Shown: positions 23,620-38,735, counted from the first letter of the whole stretch. The stretch is 63,033 nucleotides of DNA, filler included, from Octopus bimaculoides (GCF_001194135.2; 5 parts of 5 records of this genome joined end to end with filler, not necessarily neighbours in it); one strand, 5' to 3'. The notes: a model not told the origin generated them from the sequence alone. Program-made: numbers and translations.

Positions 23620-23768
23620 TAAGTAACTTGCATTCCAACCACATGGTTCTGGGTTGTTCAGTTCCACTGCGTTGCACCTTGGCCAAGCGTCTTCTACTAT
23701 AGCTTCGGGCCGACCAAAGCCTTGTGAGTGGATTTGGTAGACGGAAGCTTAAAGAAAGCCGTCGTATT
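23620..23768 (+). mobile_element. CORE-like SINE 5' half
   Basis: gcgcaggagtggctgtgtggtaag...gccttgtgagtggatttggtagacgg. Further fragments at 28455-28690(-), 29161-29250(-), 33960-34140(-) and 52068-52160(+). Confidence 0.85.
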
Positions 23769-24673
23769 CAGTGTATTCAATCAAAAGACGATATCAAAAC
23801 ATCTATGTCCCTTACAATGGTATGTTCCGTGTGTTTCAATTATTTTCCTCGATTTTAGAATAGCTTTAAACTTTGAAAATGAAAATAAATCAACTTTAAC
23901 ATTAATAATAGAATAACAGAACACAAGAACTCAACGTACATTTTGTCTGAATTCTAACAAAAGAGAAAGCAGTTATTTCAAGAAATGTGTGGAATCATAT
24001 AAAAACGATAAGAAGCACGTTAGAATGACTAGATCTACAACGGCAGGAGAAAGTTCGGAAGGTAAACTTATTCTCATTAATCTGCAAATGCTGAGAAGAA
24101 ATCAGACGATTTAAAATATATTTTAAAATGCTGACTTTTCTGCGATCAAGAGTTCCTCAAACTGCTACACCAGCATGGCCACAGTCCAATGACTGAAACA
24201 AATAAAAAGACTTTTGGAAAATAAAAACCCTGAGGGGGTGGGGGGTATCAAAAAAATTTCAAGAGATTTGGCTGTTATTTCTAGCATGTGAACTGACCTT
24301 CTAGGCTTAACTTTCATGCACTAGTTTAAAATCATTAAAAAAAATTCTGAGGTTGTTACATTCGACTAAAATTTCTTCAAGCTGGAGCCCCAGCATGGCC
24401 GCAGTCTGACTGAATCAAGTAAAAGGTGAAAAAAAAAAAGCGAAAAAATAATCGAAAAATATAGCTGTGGCACCTTTGCCCGTGGTGCTTTTGTCCACTT
24501 TCACACTTTGACTATGCGGCTTTTGTCATCCTCTCGGATGAATCAATTTAAAAACGAATAGGTGTTTTTTCAGATTTCAGTGCATTTTCTAAACAAATTT
24601 TACTATATTTTTTCCTGCATTGAGAATACAATTCTTTTTGCCATACACACGCACACGCACACACGCACGCACG

Positions 24674-24772
<99 letters not shown>

Positions 24773-25890
24773 GTTTATTGTAATGTTTTGAATATGCTAA
24801 TAAATCTATATTATTATCTATGTACGGTATTGAAAAAGAACGGTTAAAGAATACGAACAATTTATGAACTGATTCATATACTGCCTGCCACCCTTACAAC
24901 GTAACAATTGTAGTCGCCTGATTGTAATGATAAGCAGCATTGTATATGCAATCAAATACCAGCTAGGCCAGTTTGTTCTCTCATATGTTTATATCTGGCT
25001 TACTGCTATCAAAAATAATTTACATACATCTATACACACGCAGATACATAAGTTTGCTCACTAAGGTGTACATCTACACACATATACTGACACATATGCA
25101 TATGCAAATACACAAACGCAATACTCAAACACATATTTCCCAATCTTTTACAGCTAATTCAAAAACTGCGATCAGCTATATCCAATCAGATCATTCCGAG
25201 AGATCGAGGATTCTTTTCACTTGCTGTTATTGTTGTTTTTGTCGTTCTTGATTTGAGCTACCGAAGTTGTTCCAGCCTTGGATATACCACTTTTTTTCTC
25301 CGTCACGGCCGCTACCGACACTGTAAACACTATATTCTCAAGAAAATTACTGATGTAAGCCTTTATTAAGTCAGAATATAAAACAATCCGACAAGTTAAG
25401 TACTTTCATTCAAAATGCAACTATTTAAGTGCTTCAATTGTTTTAAACGAATTTAACAATATTTTAAATCATATTTCTTGATGTTATCTAATTACATGAT
25501 TTGTGTTTGTGTTTGATTATTGATTATCGATTCCATCTTTACACTCATTAATTATTTATTTACTTTGATTTATGTTCACATTATCATAATGAAATTATTT
25601 ATTTATTACTTTTGTTGGTTATATATCAGTTTAAATTTGACATTAAATAATTTAAATAACACTTACCATATTGAAAGTATCTATTACCTAATAAAGTGTA
25701 TTTAATGAGCAGAATTATTTCATGGTATATTCAAATACAGTTAATGATATTTTTTACATTTATCTATTTCCTATACTGAAGGTCTAAGGCGTTAATTTTT
25801 ACGGGACTCGTGTATGTATGGTATGTAATATATGTGTGTGTGTATATATGTGTGTGAGAGTGTGTGTACATATATATATTCATACACATA

Positions 25891-26229
25891 TGCTGAGACC
25901 CCCTTCGGTCATGACTGACCATGGGATTGCACCTAGGAGGTTACCCTCCCAAGCACAAGTCCGGGCAAGGTTGTTTATGGGAGACCAGCAGTCGCCCATG
26001 CATACCCGCCTTACTTCTCCACGCCATCAGTGTTATCCAAGGGAAAGGCAAAGGCCGATACAGCTTGGCACCAGTGACGTCGCAACTCATTTCTACAGCT
26101 GAGTGAACTGGAGCAGCGTGAAATAAAGTGTCTTGCTCAAGAACACAACACGCAGCCCGGTCCGGGATTCGATCTCATAACCTCACGATCGTAAGCTCGA
26201 CGCTCTAACTACAGAGCCACGCGCCTTCA
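25891..26229 (-). mobile_element. tRNA-derived SINE, third family, full length
   Basis: Minus-strand head ggcgcgtggctctgtagttagagcg...gagatcgaatcccgg; central gtgttcttgagcaagacacttt; second copy at 32363-32695. Confidence 0.9.
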
Positions 26230-26290
26230 TACACATATGCATACATATATACATATATACGTGTATATATATATATATATATATATATAT

Positions 26291-26390
26291 NNNNNNNNNN
26301 NNNNNNNNNNNNNNNNNNNNNNNNNNNNNNNNNNTTAATTAATTAANNNNNNNNNNNNNNNNNNNNNNNNNNNNNNNNNNNNNNNNNNNN
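26291..26390. other. Artificial 100-bp scaffolding spacer (44 N + TTAATTAATTAA + 44 N); also at 35842-35941, 53334-53433 and 61291-61390
   Basis: Identical architecture four times; the 12-mer gives stops in all six frames. Confidence 0.95.
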
Positions 26391-26682
26391 CTGGAAATAG
26401 AGATAACTCGAATGTGGAATCTAAAAACAGAAACAATTCCTATCATAGTAGGTGCCTTAGGTATAATAAAAAAATATTCAGACAAATACATAACAAAAAT
26501 AGCAGGACTTACAAATATATATAACATACAGAAAATTGCACTACTGGGTACTGCACACATTCTACGCAAAACACTTTCAATACAGTAAACATAAGAGCAC
26601 CACAGCAAACCACAGCACATACCCAAGGCGCACAGAGCTGCACTCGGTAGTGAAGTGAAAGCACGTTATAAAAATAAAACTA

Positions 26683-26715
<33 letters not shown>
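26391..26715 (+). mobile_element. 3' end of a restriction-like-endonuclease (RLE) non-LTR retrotransposon with (TAA)n tail
   Basis: Uninterrupted LEIEITRMWNLKTETIPIIVGALG...IQKIALLGTAHILRKTLSIQ* (26391-26588), then 3'UTR and TAA tail. Confidence 0.85.
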
Positions 26716-26717
<2 letters not shown>

Positions 26718-26916
26718 TATGATTGGTTCCTGAATATATATAAATGAGCAAATAGATAAAATATCAAAAATCACGTCTTCATGAATATCTACGTAGAAGT
26801 GTACAAGAAGGTCTTTGATTCAGACAAGCAACGCCCACACACGCACACACACACACACATGGAGACATTCACACACATACACATACATAAACTCTCACAC
26901 ATATACATAGAGAGAC

Positions 26917-26972
<56 letters not shown>

Positions 26973-27519
26973 CCAAATATGTATCTAGGAGTGTGCATGT
27001 GTGTGTTTGTGTGTGTATGTGTGTGTGTATGCGTGTGTGTGTGTGTCTAATATTGTGTAGTAATGAGTGTACGACAATTATTGTTCTGATTGAAAGCACT
27101 GGCACAGTTTGGAATATCTGATGTAATCCACAGTTCGGATATATTACCTTTGGATCCACTTCAGGAATTCCGGAGTGTTAGTTGAGATAATAATTGATTA
27201 AGTAAACAGGAGATGGAATTGGCATAACTCTTTACTTTGTATGACGATCATTTCGACTCAACCTGCATCTATCTTTGTATAGGTGGGATGCTTTACATCA
27301 TACTATGTTACATCAATTTTGCAGTCTGAGTCACATCACATAGATACATACATAAAGTGTGTGTCGCTGAGCACAGCATCTCACCTATAGAAGACAGTTG
27401 CAGGACGGGTCGAAACGATCGTCGGACAAAATAAAGAGTTATACCAATGCCATCTTCTGTTTACATAATCGATTATCATATATATATATATATATATGTG
27501 TGTGCGTGTGTATGTGTGT

Positions 27520-27567
<48 letters not shown>

Positions 27568-28353
27568 ATGTACATTTATACATAGAAACATACATATATA
27601 TATATATATCTTTGGGGTTATGGGAGAGACAGAGAGACAAGGAGAGTGTGTGTGTGTGTTAGTGTATCTGGGTGCGTACATATATGTGTATGAATGTATG
27701 TATGTATGTATGTATGTATACAGGAATTAAAGAGTCTTTAATCATCGTCTACTTTACTTTTCCCCTATCGAAAGGATTGGAAAAGAGAAGCGTAACAGTA
27801 TATAAGAAACTTCATTCTCACACAAAACAAAATATGATTAATCGACGGCGCATCATCATTTGATAATTTTCCAAAATATCTGTCAGCTATTTTCCTTCAC
27901 GTTTCTTTGCTCTTTATTCATGATGTCTTTTCTTCTAATAAATCACTGAATGCGTTAAAATATTGCTTTACCACTTTTCAGAATATGGCAAAATGTCATG
28001 TTGGGCACAAAACATCTTTGATATTAGTTCTTTAGAAATTGCTACAGAAATAGCAATGGAATTATCTTCAAAAATACACCAGTCTTAATATTTTGTTTTT
28101 GTTCAAAACTGCAAAATGCTCCCATAAAAAATTATATCTCACTATATATAGATTATTCATCGGAAACGTCAAGATCAAAGAAAATATTCAAGATGAAATT
28201 CCATATAAAATATATACACACTGCTTTTTATATTAGTACTTCGTTTGTAAAGACAAACTTTCCTTAATCCACACGCAAAGACATACAGTATATATAATGC
28301 ATATAATATCAATGTGTGTGTGTGTGTGTGTGTGCGTGTGCGTGCGTGTGTGC

Positions 28354-28445
<92 letters not shown>

Positions 28446-28849
28446 ATATATCTTCTCTCTTTTAGCGTTTACTTGTTTCAGTCATGAGACTGCGGTCATG
28501 CAAATGCACCGCCTTGAGGAATTTTCAGTCGAATGTATCGACACCAGTACTTTTTTATATATATATATAAGTCTCGTACTTATTCTATCGGTATATTTTT
28601 GCAGAACCCCAAAGTTACAGGAACGTAGACACACCAGCACCGGCTGTCAAGCGGTTGGGGGAACAAACACAGACACAGAGACACACAAACACACACACAT
28701 ACACACACAGAGAAGCACCCTGGCACACACACCCACGCACACACGTGTATATATATATATATATTCATATATATAGATAAATTAGATATGTTTCAACCAA
28801 AGATTGGTTCAAGCCTTATCTAATTTAATAGAACTACATGATAGGATTA

Positions 28850-29160
28850 GATATATTATGGTCCATTCAAGTAGTGAGTCCTTGTTGAGTGAATTGTATT
28901 AAGGTTAGGTATCTTATCTGGTATTCCTTCAAGAAATTTGTCCAGATTCCTTTTAAAGGGATCCTATTCTTCTTTGATTTATTTCAGGACAATGTTAAAT
29001 AGGGAAGGGCCTATTGAAGAAAAGAAATTGTGTTGCAGTATTTATGTGTTGGGTAGGGACGTATGGCCCGTGATCCTAGCATTGGATGAATTTTGAAGCT
29101 CCTGTTGAGGTTGTTTGGGCAATATATTTGGTATAATCTCCACGTCGTGCAAATATTAGA
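28850..29160 (-). mobile_element. CR1/L2-like LINE 3' remnant
   Basis: Minus-strand YCPNN...HPMLGSRAIRP and degenerate FK..WTNFL.EYQ (KLDKFL-like) motifs. Confidence 0.55.
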
Positions 29161-29255
29161 AGGCACTTGCACAAGGTGCCAGGCAGCGGTATTGAACCCA
29201 GGACCATGTGGTTGGGAAGCAAGCTTCTCACCACACAGCCATTCTTGCACCAATA

Positions 29256-29939
29256 CAGAGTGGTGATAAAGTTACGCACCATCCTGCAATATGTGAAATT
29301 GCTGACATTCTCATTTTTATCTCTTTTCACATCTACCGATATTACTCACAAACCAATCGTCATTGGATAGAGGCAGATAATTAGCAAGGCAGGGGCAAGG
29401 TAATGGTGTGGATAGTCAAGTAATTGGACCATTTTATTTTGAGGGCTCTGTGGCAAGTGATTCCTATCTAGACATGCTTGGTAACAAGATGATGCTTCAT
29501 GTGGATTCACTTGGAAGGGGAAATCCTGTCTGGTTTCGGCAAGATGAGGCTCCACCCCGTTATACATTACGAGTTCGGAATTTTCTGAATGAACATTTTC
29601 CAGGGAGATAGCTAAGGTTTTCCGGGCCAGTTAAATGGACACCATGGTCATCAGATTTAACACCCATGGACTTTTTCTCCTAGGGCTACATTAAATCCCG
29701 TGTGTATTCTGAAAAGATTCGTGACCAAGGACATCCTTTTCAAAGAATTGTTGAAGCATGTGAACAATTCAACAGCAATGAAGAGCTATTTGAGAAGGTT
29801 CATCGCAATTTCAAATTTAGTATGAACACTTGTTTAGAGCTACATGACCAACACTTTGAACATTTGAAATGGATTACCTACTTCATTGCTGATAAACCAT
29901 ACTCGATATCTCCCATTGTGCGTGGCTTTATGGCCACCT

Positions 29940-29941
<2 letters not shown>
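29256..29941 (+). mobile_element. Internally deleted Tc1/mariner (DD37D/maT-like) element with TA flanks
   Basis: Imperfect TIRs cagagtggtgataaagttacgcac / gtgcgtggctttatggccaccttg, TA at 29254-55 and 29942-43. WFRQDEAPP..., NEHFPGR and SSDLTPMDFF..GYIKSRVY. Confidence 0.85.
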
Positions 29942-30016
<75 letters not shown>

Positions 30017-30339
30017 TGGAGATAAGATAAAGGAGAAGTAGTTTGAAGAACTAAGTGAAAAAGAGAATTGTGAGTTAAGTCAATGAAGGAGAGTATAAGT
30101 GTGTCGCTTTGAAGCTGCCCAGTTCTGTTCTTGTAGATATTATCATTTGTCAATATATTTGCGACTAATATATTTTTGTATGTAAATTGTTGCATATGTG
30201 TATAGATTTATATGCACTACAATGAGTGTATAAATGTATAAAAACAAAATTCTATAGATATAAGCAAACATTTATATACATACGAGTATTAGCACTTAGA
30301 TATGTACTTGAATATACACCAATACCCGTATGTATAAGA

Positions 30340-30378
<39 letters not shown>

Positions 30379-31609
30379 NNNNNNNNNNNNNNNNNNNNNN
30401 NNNNNNNNNNNNNNNNNNNNNNNNNNNNNNNNNNNNNNNNNNNNNNNNNNNNNNNNNNNNNNNNNNNNNNNNNNNNNNNNNNNNNNNNNNNNNNNNNNNN
30501 NNNNNNNNNNNNNNNNNNNNNNNNNNNNNNNNNNNNNNNNNNNNNNNNNNNNNNNNNNNNNNNNNNNNNNNNNNNNNNNNNNNNNNNNNNNNNNNNNNNN
30601 NNNNNNNNNNNNNNNNNNNNNNNNNNNNNNNNNNNNNNNNNNNNNNNNNNNNNNNNNNNNNNNNNNNNNNNNNNNNNNNNNNNNNNNNNNNNNNNNNNNN
30701 NNNNNNNNNNNNNNNNNNNNNNNNNNNNNNNNNNNNNNNNNNNNNNNNNNNNNNNNNNNNNNNNNNNNNNNNNNNNNNNNNNNNNNNNNNNNNNNNNNNN
30801 NNNNNNNNNNNNNNNNNNNNNNNNNNNNNNGGGTGAGTGTGTTTGAGTGTGTGCGCGACCGTGCGTTCGAGTGTCTGTGCATATTTCATTTATATATGCT
30901 TCTATGTGGGTAGAAGTATATATGCTATATATATTTATGTACAAAAGAGTACGTACTTTTATGTATACAAATCAGCCAAACAGTTCACTTGAACTAGTGT
31001 ATGTGTACCATTCAGATGATGATATTCACTGCAATATTGATGTCACAAATACTCCTTTACTGTTTTTCTGTGCTTCTTTTAATCATTTCGACTGCACCTG
31101 TACTGCGACATAGTCTTAGGTGTGTGAATAACATTTTTAGAACTTTTAAGGCAAAATCATATAACTGCCTATTGTTATATACATATATTGAATATATGCT
31201 AAGCATGTTTATATACAGATTTGTAATCTGGACATGTGACCATCAGCTGCAAATAGATTGTTGCTGGATGATAAACTACATTATCTTTCAAAAAGAAATG
31301 GTGCCTATAAGAAACGTGTATTGTAATTAATTACATATCTTCCAAATATATTTTCCCCATAACTTTGCTATACGAACGAAACTGGAACAGAGAAACTCAT
31401 GTAAAGGAACAATCGAATTCCTATGAGAAGAGACATGCACACACATACATAAAAAACACACACACAAACACAGGAATATGCAGAATACATACATACATAT
31501 ATACATACACACACATACATACATACATAAATATGCACGCACACACAGACATACATACAAACACATTCACACATACATGCATGCATACATACACACACAC
31601 ACTGAGACA

Positions 31610-31804
31610 CACACATGCGCAAAAACAAACAAAAGCAAAAACAGAACGCAGCGTAAATAACGGACAGAGTCAAGACTATTGAAAAGGTTGCAAGACGCAA
31701 CGAAAAGTTTAGGAAAATAAAAATAAGAAATAAGTGGAAATTTTAACGGTGAGCGTGTTAAATTTTAAGGCACGATAAGAAAGTGACTCTCCCCAGACGC
31801 AACA

Positions 31805-31805
<1 letters not shown>
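31610..31805 (+). repeat. Unclassified dispersed repeat, second copy at about 61590-61775
   Basis: Both copies share ataacggacagagtcaa..actattgaa.aggttgcaagacgca.cgaaaa and gtggaaatttta.cg. Confidence 0.8.
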
Positions 31806-31859
<54 letters not shown>

Positions 31860-31862
31860 TAC

Positions 31863-31899
<37 letters not shown>

Positions 31900-32362
31900 A
31901 ATAAGGATAAGATCGATATTTAAAATATTGATCTTATCAAGTGGCCAGCATGGGAATAAAAACCATCAAAGGTAATAATTATTTAAAATTATAATACAGG
32001 GTATCTAAGAGATACCGCCACGCTGAAAAATAGCAGTCAAATCTTGACTCTAAAAACCACATGTATGAAACAAATTGTATAGCAACATGATATATGTATA
32101 TGTATGAAACAAATTGTATAGCAACATGAAAAATAAAAATTATAATCCATTTTAACATCTAATCTACATAAATATGAATGAATTTGTTGAACTGTTTAAC
32201 AAGTTAAATCATATACTGATTATTTCTATACAAGTTTTCATACCTATACAAATTTATATACGTAAATTAAAAAATAAAGTATGAAGAAACGACGTAAGAA
32301 ATCTTTGGAAATTACTCCAATTAAAGGGCGAACTCACATTCATCCGTGAATATCTATATATA

Positions 32363-32695
32363 TGACCATGAGTGCACCTAAGAGGCTCTCCCCCGGAGTA
32401 CAAGTCTGGGCGAAAAGTCACTCATCGGCGAACGCACAGCCCATGGTTGATTTTATTGAAGACCAGCAGTCACCCATGCATACCAGTCTCCCCTCTCCAC
32501 GCCACCGATGTTGTCCAGGGGAAAGGCAAAGGCCGACACAGCTTGGTACCACACGTTTCTACAGCTGAGTGAAATTGAGCAACGTGAAATAAAATGTTTT
32601 GCTCAAGAACACAACATGTAGCCCTGTCCGGGAATCGAAGTCACAACATTACGATCGTAAGGTCGACGCTCTAACTACTGAGCCATGCGCCTTCA
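32363..32695 (-). mobile_element. tRNA-derived SINE, same family as 25891-26229
   Basis: Collinear similarity throughout. Confidence 0.9.
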
Positions 32696-32708
32696 ATTAT
32701 ATACATAT

Positions 32709-32768
<60 letters not shown>

Positions 32769-33697
32769 CTGAAGTTTATGTTGGTGAAAATAGAGAGGCT
32801 GAGTATGTCTATCTGTAAGGTTAATTGTATAAATGCATTTTAGATTTTATGTTCTGGACTTATCAACTAAATTCCATGTCTTACACAACCAAGGACGCAG
32901 TTGTAAAATGTTCGTTTCAAATCTTTTCTTAAGCAGTCTTAATAATTTAATATTTTGCCTTGCGTTTCGATGAATAAACATTTTATGGAATACATATGGC
33001 TTTCTCTTAAACATATGTATATGCATGTGTGTATCTACATTGATACATATATTCCTACCCCTACATGAAATAAGATACAACGCATATTACACTGACAGGT
33101 TTTAGCAGATGCAGTTTTTAAAAGAAATAATAATAATCAAATAAATAAATCAAATAAAAAGTTCTAAAATCTATCTTTTATTTTCAATTTTTTTCATCGA
33201 AATATGTTCCATGAAGAAATATGTTGGGTTTTTTTTCCCTTGAGTCTTCTCAGCCTTCATTCGAAAGTGACACCATCACGTTGTAATCCTTTAGGTGTAT
33301 TTTTCGGTGGGGATGGAGCATAACATACTACCTCTTTCATTATAATTTCTTCCTATATTGATTTTATTTGGGCCTTTTTTCCTTGTTTATCTTCGTGAGT
33401 GCATATGTGTGCATATGTTTGTGCGTGTCTGTTCATGATTGTGAGGGAGAGACTGATAAATAATTTTGTGTGCATAACTTTACCCATAATCTCATTGGTT
33501 GTAAAAAAAAGTCTCTTCATAAATATATTTTTCACAAGTGTTTTAGTCACGTATGCATGTGTTGAAAAAGGGCTGCCGCACCACTTTATTTTCAATACTG
33601 ATTAAGTTATAGTTCATAAGCACGCAAGCACACCCTCCACACACACTCTCACACAAGCATCTATACATGCATATCTCTATGCGCAGATCTATGCATA

Positions 33698-33911
33698 CGA
33701 GGGGGTGCTAAAAAGTTTTGGCTTTTTGGGTATCGCGAAAAGCCTGGCTGGAAACCCAACCTTACGAGTTCTTTTAAAGGGCTTTGAAAAAGTGAAGCAT
33801 CTGTGGAATAAGTGAATGTGAATCTGAGAAGAGAAATATGTTGAGTAAAATCATAATTAATTGATCCTATTGTATTTACTTTTATCCAAGAAGCCATTCA
33901 GTTCCACCTCG
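33698..33911. mobile_element. Mariner-type MITE, TA flanks
   Basis: TA|cgagggggtgctaaaaag ... agccattcagttccacctcg|TA. Confidence 0.7.
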
Positions 33912-34131
33912 TACATATCCTTGCTCGGGATTAAGATGGCATTGTTTTTTGTTTCACTTGTTAAAGTCATGTAACTTCAGCCATACTGGAGCACCGCTTT
34001 GGTCGAAAATATGAGCCACAGGTTTTATTCTTTGTAGGCCTAGCAGTTATTCTATCAGTGCCTTTTACCAGACCGCTATGTTATGGGAACGTAAACACTG
34101 CAACGTCGGTTGTTAAGCAATGGTGGTGGTA

Positions 34132-34172
<41 letters not shown>

Positions 34173-35810
34173 AAATATACGCACATATATATATGTATGT
34201 ATATATATATATATAGAGATAGATAGATAGATAGATAGATAGATATATGTATACACACGCACACACATATATACATATATATACGCATATATATACACGT
34301 ATATATATACATATATATATATACATNNNNNNNNNNNNNNNNNNNNNNNNNNNNNNNNNNNNNNNNNNNNNNNNNNNNNNNNNNNNNNNNNNNNNNNNNN
34401 NNNNNNNNNNNNNNNNNNNNNNNNNNNNNNNNNNNNNNNNNNNNNNNNNNNNNNNNNNNNNNNNNNNNNNNNNNNNNNNNNNNNNNNNNNNNNNNNNNNN
34501 NNNNNNNNNNNNNNNNNNNNNNNNNNNNNNNNNNNNNNNNNNNNNNNNNNNNNNNNNNNNNNNNNNNNNNNNNNNNNNNNNNNNNNNNNNNNNNNNNNNN
34601 NNNNNNNNNNNNNNNNNNNNNNNNNNNNNNNNNNNNNNNNNNNNNNNNNNNNNNNNNNNNNNNNNNNNNNNNNNNNNNNNNNNNNNNNNNNNNNNNNNNN
34701 NNNNNNNNNNNNNNNNNNNNNNNNNNNNNNNNNNNNNNNNNNNNNNNNNNNNNNNNNNNNNNNNNNNNNNNNNNNNNNNNNNNNNNNNNNNNNNNNNNNN
34801 NNNNNNNNNNNNNNNNNNNNNNNNNNNNNNNNNNNNNNNNNNNNNNNNNNNNNNNNNNNNNNNNNNNNNNNNNNNNNNNNNNNNNNNNNNNNNNNNNNNN
34901 NNNNNNNNNNNNNNNNNNNNNNNNNNNNNNNNNNNNNNNNNNNNNNNNNNNNNNNNNNNNNNNNNNNNNNNNNNNNNNNNNNNNNNNNNNNNNNNNNNNN
35001 NNNNNNNNNNNNNNNNNNNNNNNNNNNNNNNNNNNNNNNNNNNNNNNNNNNNNNNNNNNNNNNNNNNNNNNNNNNNNNNNNNNNNNNNNNNNNNNNNNNN
35101 NNNNNNNNNNNTGTATGTATGTATGTATGTATATATGTAAAAATTAACACTTTTTTTCCGAGTTGAGATTCGAAACGGAATCTAAGGATTTTTGATCGTT
35201 TCATCCACCACTGACCAAATAGGCATGAAATGAATTTCTTTGTCTTGTCAAAAGATGATGGATTGTCTCCCTTCGAACTTCGACCTCAGCCGTGTTATTT
35301 AAGGTTCAAATGGACAAGAACAGGATGCGACCTCCATAGGTAGGAATTTCTTCTGTGGTATGTCTGTCCTTCTAAATCTCACGACCATTATAAATACAGC
35401 AATCCGTCAAGGGACAGACATTCAGAGACAGTCGGAGAGAGAGAGAGAGATAGCCACGAGATAGCTAGCCATTAACTTCACCAGTTAAACAGGTGAGACA
35501 GATTCAGATATTCAACGTGAACAACAATGACCAACTCACACACAGACACAAAACATGTCCGGTTCTACCTCATCATATCGACACATTGTTTCTCCTGTTT
35601 ATTTCTTCTTGACCAGCTCGACGTAAAGTTGGTAATGTCTTGTAGTGACATTTTTGGTGTATGCAACAGGTAAATGCAAGTATCGTTTAAATAACTTATT
35701 TAAATTACAATCCGATGTTTTCCTTTGATTTCGCCCTCATATCTATTTTATCTGCTACCTCAACATCTTTTGCTACACTTTTTTCACTACATATATATAT
35801 ATACACACAC

Positions 35811-35841
<31 letters not shown>

Positions 35842-35941
35842 NNNNNNNNNNNNNNNNNNNNNNNNNNNNNNNNNNNNNNNNNNNNTTAATTAATTAANNN
35901 NNNNNNNNNNNNNNNNNNNNNNNNNNNNNNNNNNNNNNNNN

Positions 35942-36003
<62 letters not shown>

Positions 36004-36920
36004 ACACACACACACGTGTGCGTGTGTCTCTCTCTCTCTAGTTTGTCCACTTAACATAAACAAACCACCGGTGTCGGTTTGGTTACGTATTCGTCCTGTA
36101 GAAGAGAACTGTAGAATAAGTAGCAGGATTTAGAAAGTAAGCTTGTAACAATGTACATACATTTTTGTAAGCTTATTGTACATGTAGGAAAAACATAAAA
36201 TATCTCTTATTAGGAATTCTCCATACAGAGGATCAAATGATACGAGATATCTTTACATGTTTCCTACTATACACGTTTAATGGTGTATAAATAATACCTA
36301 ATTTGTTTTTCCAATCTCTTGTTTTTGTACGTAATTATTTGCCAATACTACTTTCCAGTATTTTTCACCTCTTGTATATGCCTCAGTCAATTATAACATC
36401 TATATACAATCTTGGAGTTCTGGAATGTGCAGATGCGCTTCGCGAGGACACAGCTTGGAGTATAACCCTAGCTGCATACTATATATATATATATTATATA
36501 TATATGCATGTATATATATATGTATATATATATTTATGTATATATACATGTATATATATATATATATATATTTACACACACACACACATATATATATGCA
36601 TATTTACACACATATATAGGCGTTTGTACATTTATACATGTATTACATATCCTAAAACAGTTATATATATGCATGTTTACAGTTATAGGTACGCAGAAGT
36701 GCACACAGTCACACAGTCACACGCACATATATGCACACACACACGCACACACACACACACCCACACCCACACACACACATGCACGCACACGCATACGCAT
36801 ACTCTTCCGCACGCTTATATACGTACATATATACATATACGTATACATGTATATATGCACTTACGCAGTTACGTTACATATGCAGTTATACATGAATGGT
36901 TACAGGTACACACAGACTCA

Positions 36921-37025
<105 letters not shown>

Positions 37026-37953
37026 TACCAGTCATGGACGTGCAAACATGCCTGATTTCACTGGTCATAACGTATTTTACGTTCGTCTCCAAGAAACATT
37101 TACATACATATAAACACACACATGTATATACTCACAACACGCATATATAATATACATTGTCATAGCTAATAACATACGCTTAAAAACACTAACTCTCATC
37201 AGCTACGCACCGCACCTATAATTACCGATATATTCACTCTGGTGTCCAGAAAATATACATGCCAGATAAAAAATTGACTGAGTTTTAGGCCTTGTATTGC
37301 TATTGACCGCAGTGGTCAAATGTAGGATTGTAGAAATCAGATATCGGTTCTTATATATAAAAAAAAAAATTTATTCTATTAGGAATGTTAATCTCTTGCA
37401 GAAAACGAAACGAAAAATTTTCTATAAATATGTTAATCTACATTACATCTTAATACAGCGAAGCTGTCGTCTGCATTCAATGATTCGTTTTTAAATATGG
37501 TGGCTTGAATGAAATTTATACGACAACGATATCCATTTATATATTTGTGTTCTTTCTTGTTTTTCCGTGAAACCAATTTGGCCTCGTGAAGAAACATGCA
37601 GTATAATATTACGTTGATTAAAGTATCAGAAACTATCAAGATAGATACATTTCTTAGACAAAATAGCCAAGGGACGATGTTTCCGCCATTCTACGAAGGT
37701 CCTTGTAGAGCAAGAGAGCAACATAATTAAACTATGATACTATGATGCTGGACGTACAGACAGTAGAGCGCCATATTGAATTATTATTTATATATTTATT
37801 TATACATGAGAAAAAGTTATGTATTATTTATTCATGTATGGGTTCCCTGTTCTTTTTGTTTTTGTTTTTGGTGAGGGGTGCAAATGGGGCCTAGGTATAG
37901 TGAAGAAAATGGCTTAGAAATAACTTACAGGATTATGACCATTCGTCAATCCA

Positions 37954-38006
<53 letters not shown>

Positions 38007-38039
38007 CAACAACAACAACAACAATAATTGTTTACTATA

Positions 38040-38310
38040 TGCACAAGGCCTGAAATTTTGGGGGAAGGGTAAGTCGATTACATCGACCCCAGTGCGTAAC
38101 TGGTATTTATTTAATCAACCCCGAAAGGATGAAATGCATTTCGACCTCGGCGGAATTTGAACTCAAAACGTAAAGACGGACAAAACACTGCTAAGCTTTT
38201 CGCCCGGCGTGCTCACGATTCGGCCACCTCGCTGCCTTAACAGCAACAACGACAACAACAACAATAACAATAATCATATCTACTATAGGCACAAGGCCTG
38301 GATTTTAGGG
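38040..38310 (-). mobile_element. SINE copy plus a truncated second copy embedded in (TAA/CAA)n
   Basis: gcacaaggcctgaaattttggggg...ccacctcgctgcctt, with microsatellite on both sides. Confidence 0.85.
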
Positions 38311-38643
38311 ACCAGACAATATCGTCTACGAATTGTAAGAAGACCGTTTCACAATCTTTTTCTTAAAAGTACCGTTTGTAACTAATATATATTATTAGGT
38401 CAAATGTTGTGCCTGAACAGGAAATTTTTAATGATATGACCTTATTTTGTCTCTGAAGAGATTTGGGAACAACGGAAAAGGCCACTGACTGGTGTAGAAA
38501 ATTTGGATTACTATCAAGACAAGAAATTTGTTGTGGAGCGCCTTAACTTGCATACGTCTTAAGCGTATCTACTCTATTCTTTTATTATTATTTCTGTCGT
38601 ATATCACATCATAAAATGGGCGAAGGCAAAGCGTGTGCACACC

Positions 38644-38735
38644 ACCTAACCCTAAAACTAACCCTAACCGTAACCCTAAAACTAACCCTAACCCTAATCC
38701 TAAAACTAACCCTAATCCTAACACCAACCCTAACC
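38644..38735 (+). repeat. Degenerate (CCCTAA)n telomere-like tract with periodic CCTAAAA variants
   Basis: cctaaccctaaaactaaccctaaccgtaaccctaaaactaaccctaaccctaatcctaaaactaacc... Confidence 0.85.

Noticed and set aside
26335-26346. TTAATTAATTAA palindrome recurring four times
   Set aside because: Always centred in 44 N + 44 N; an assembly spacer, not biology.
32061-32129. 30-bp direct duplication (similar 17-bp one at 54478-54514; degenerate array at 52160-52270)
   Set aside because: Ordinary slippage duplications with no further structure.
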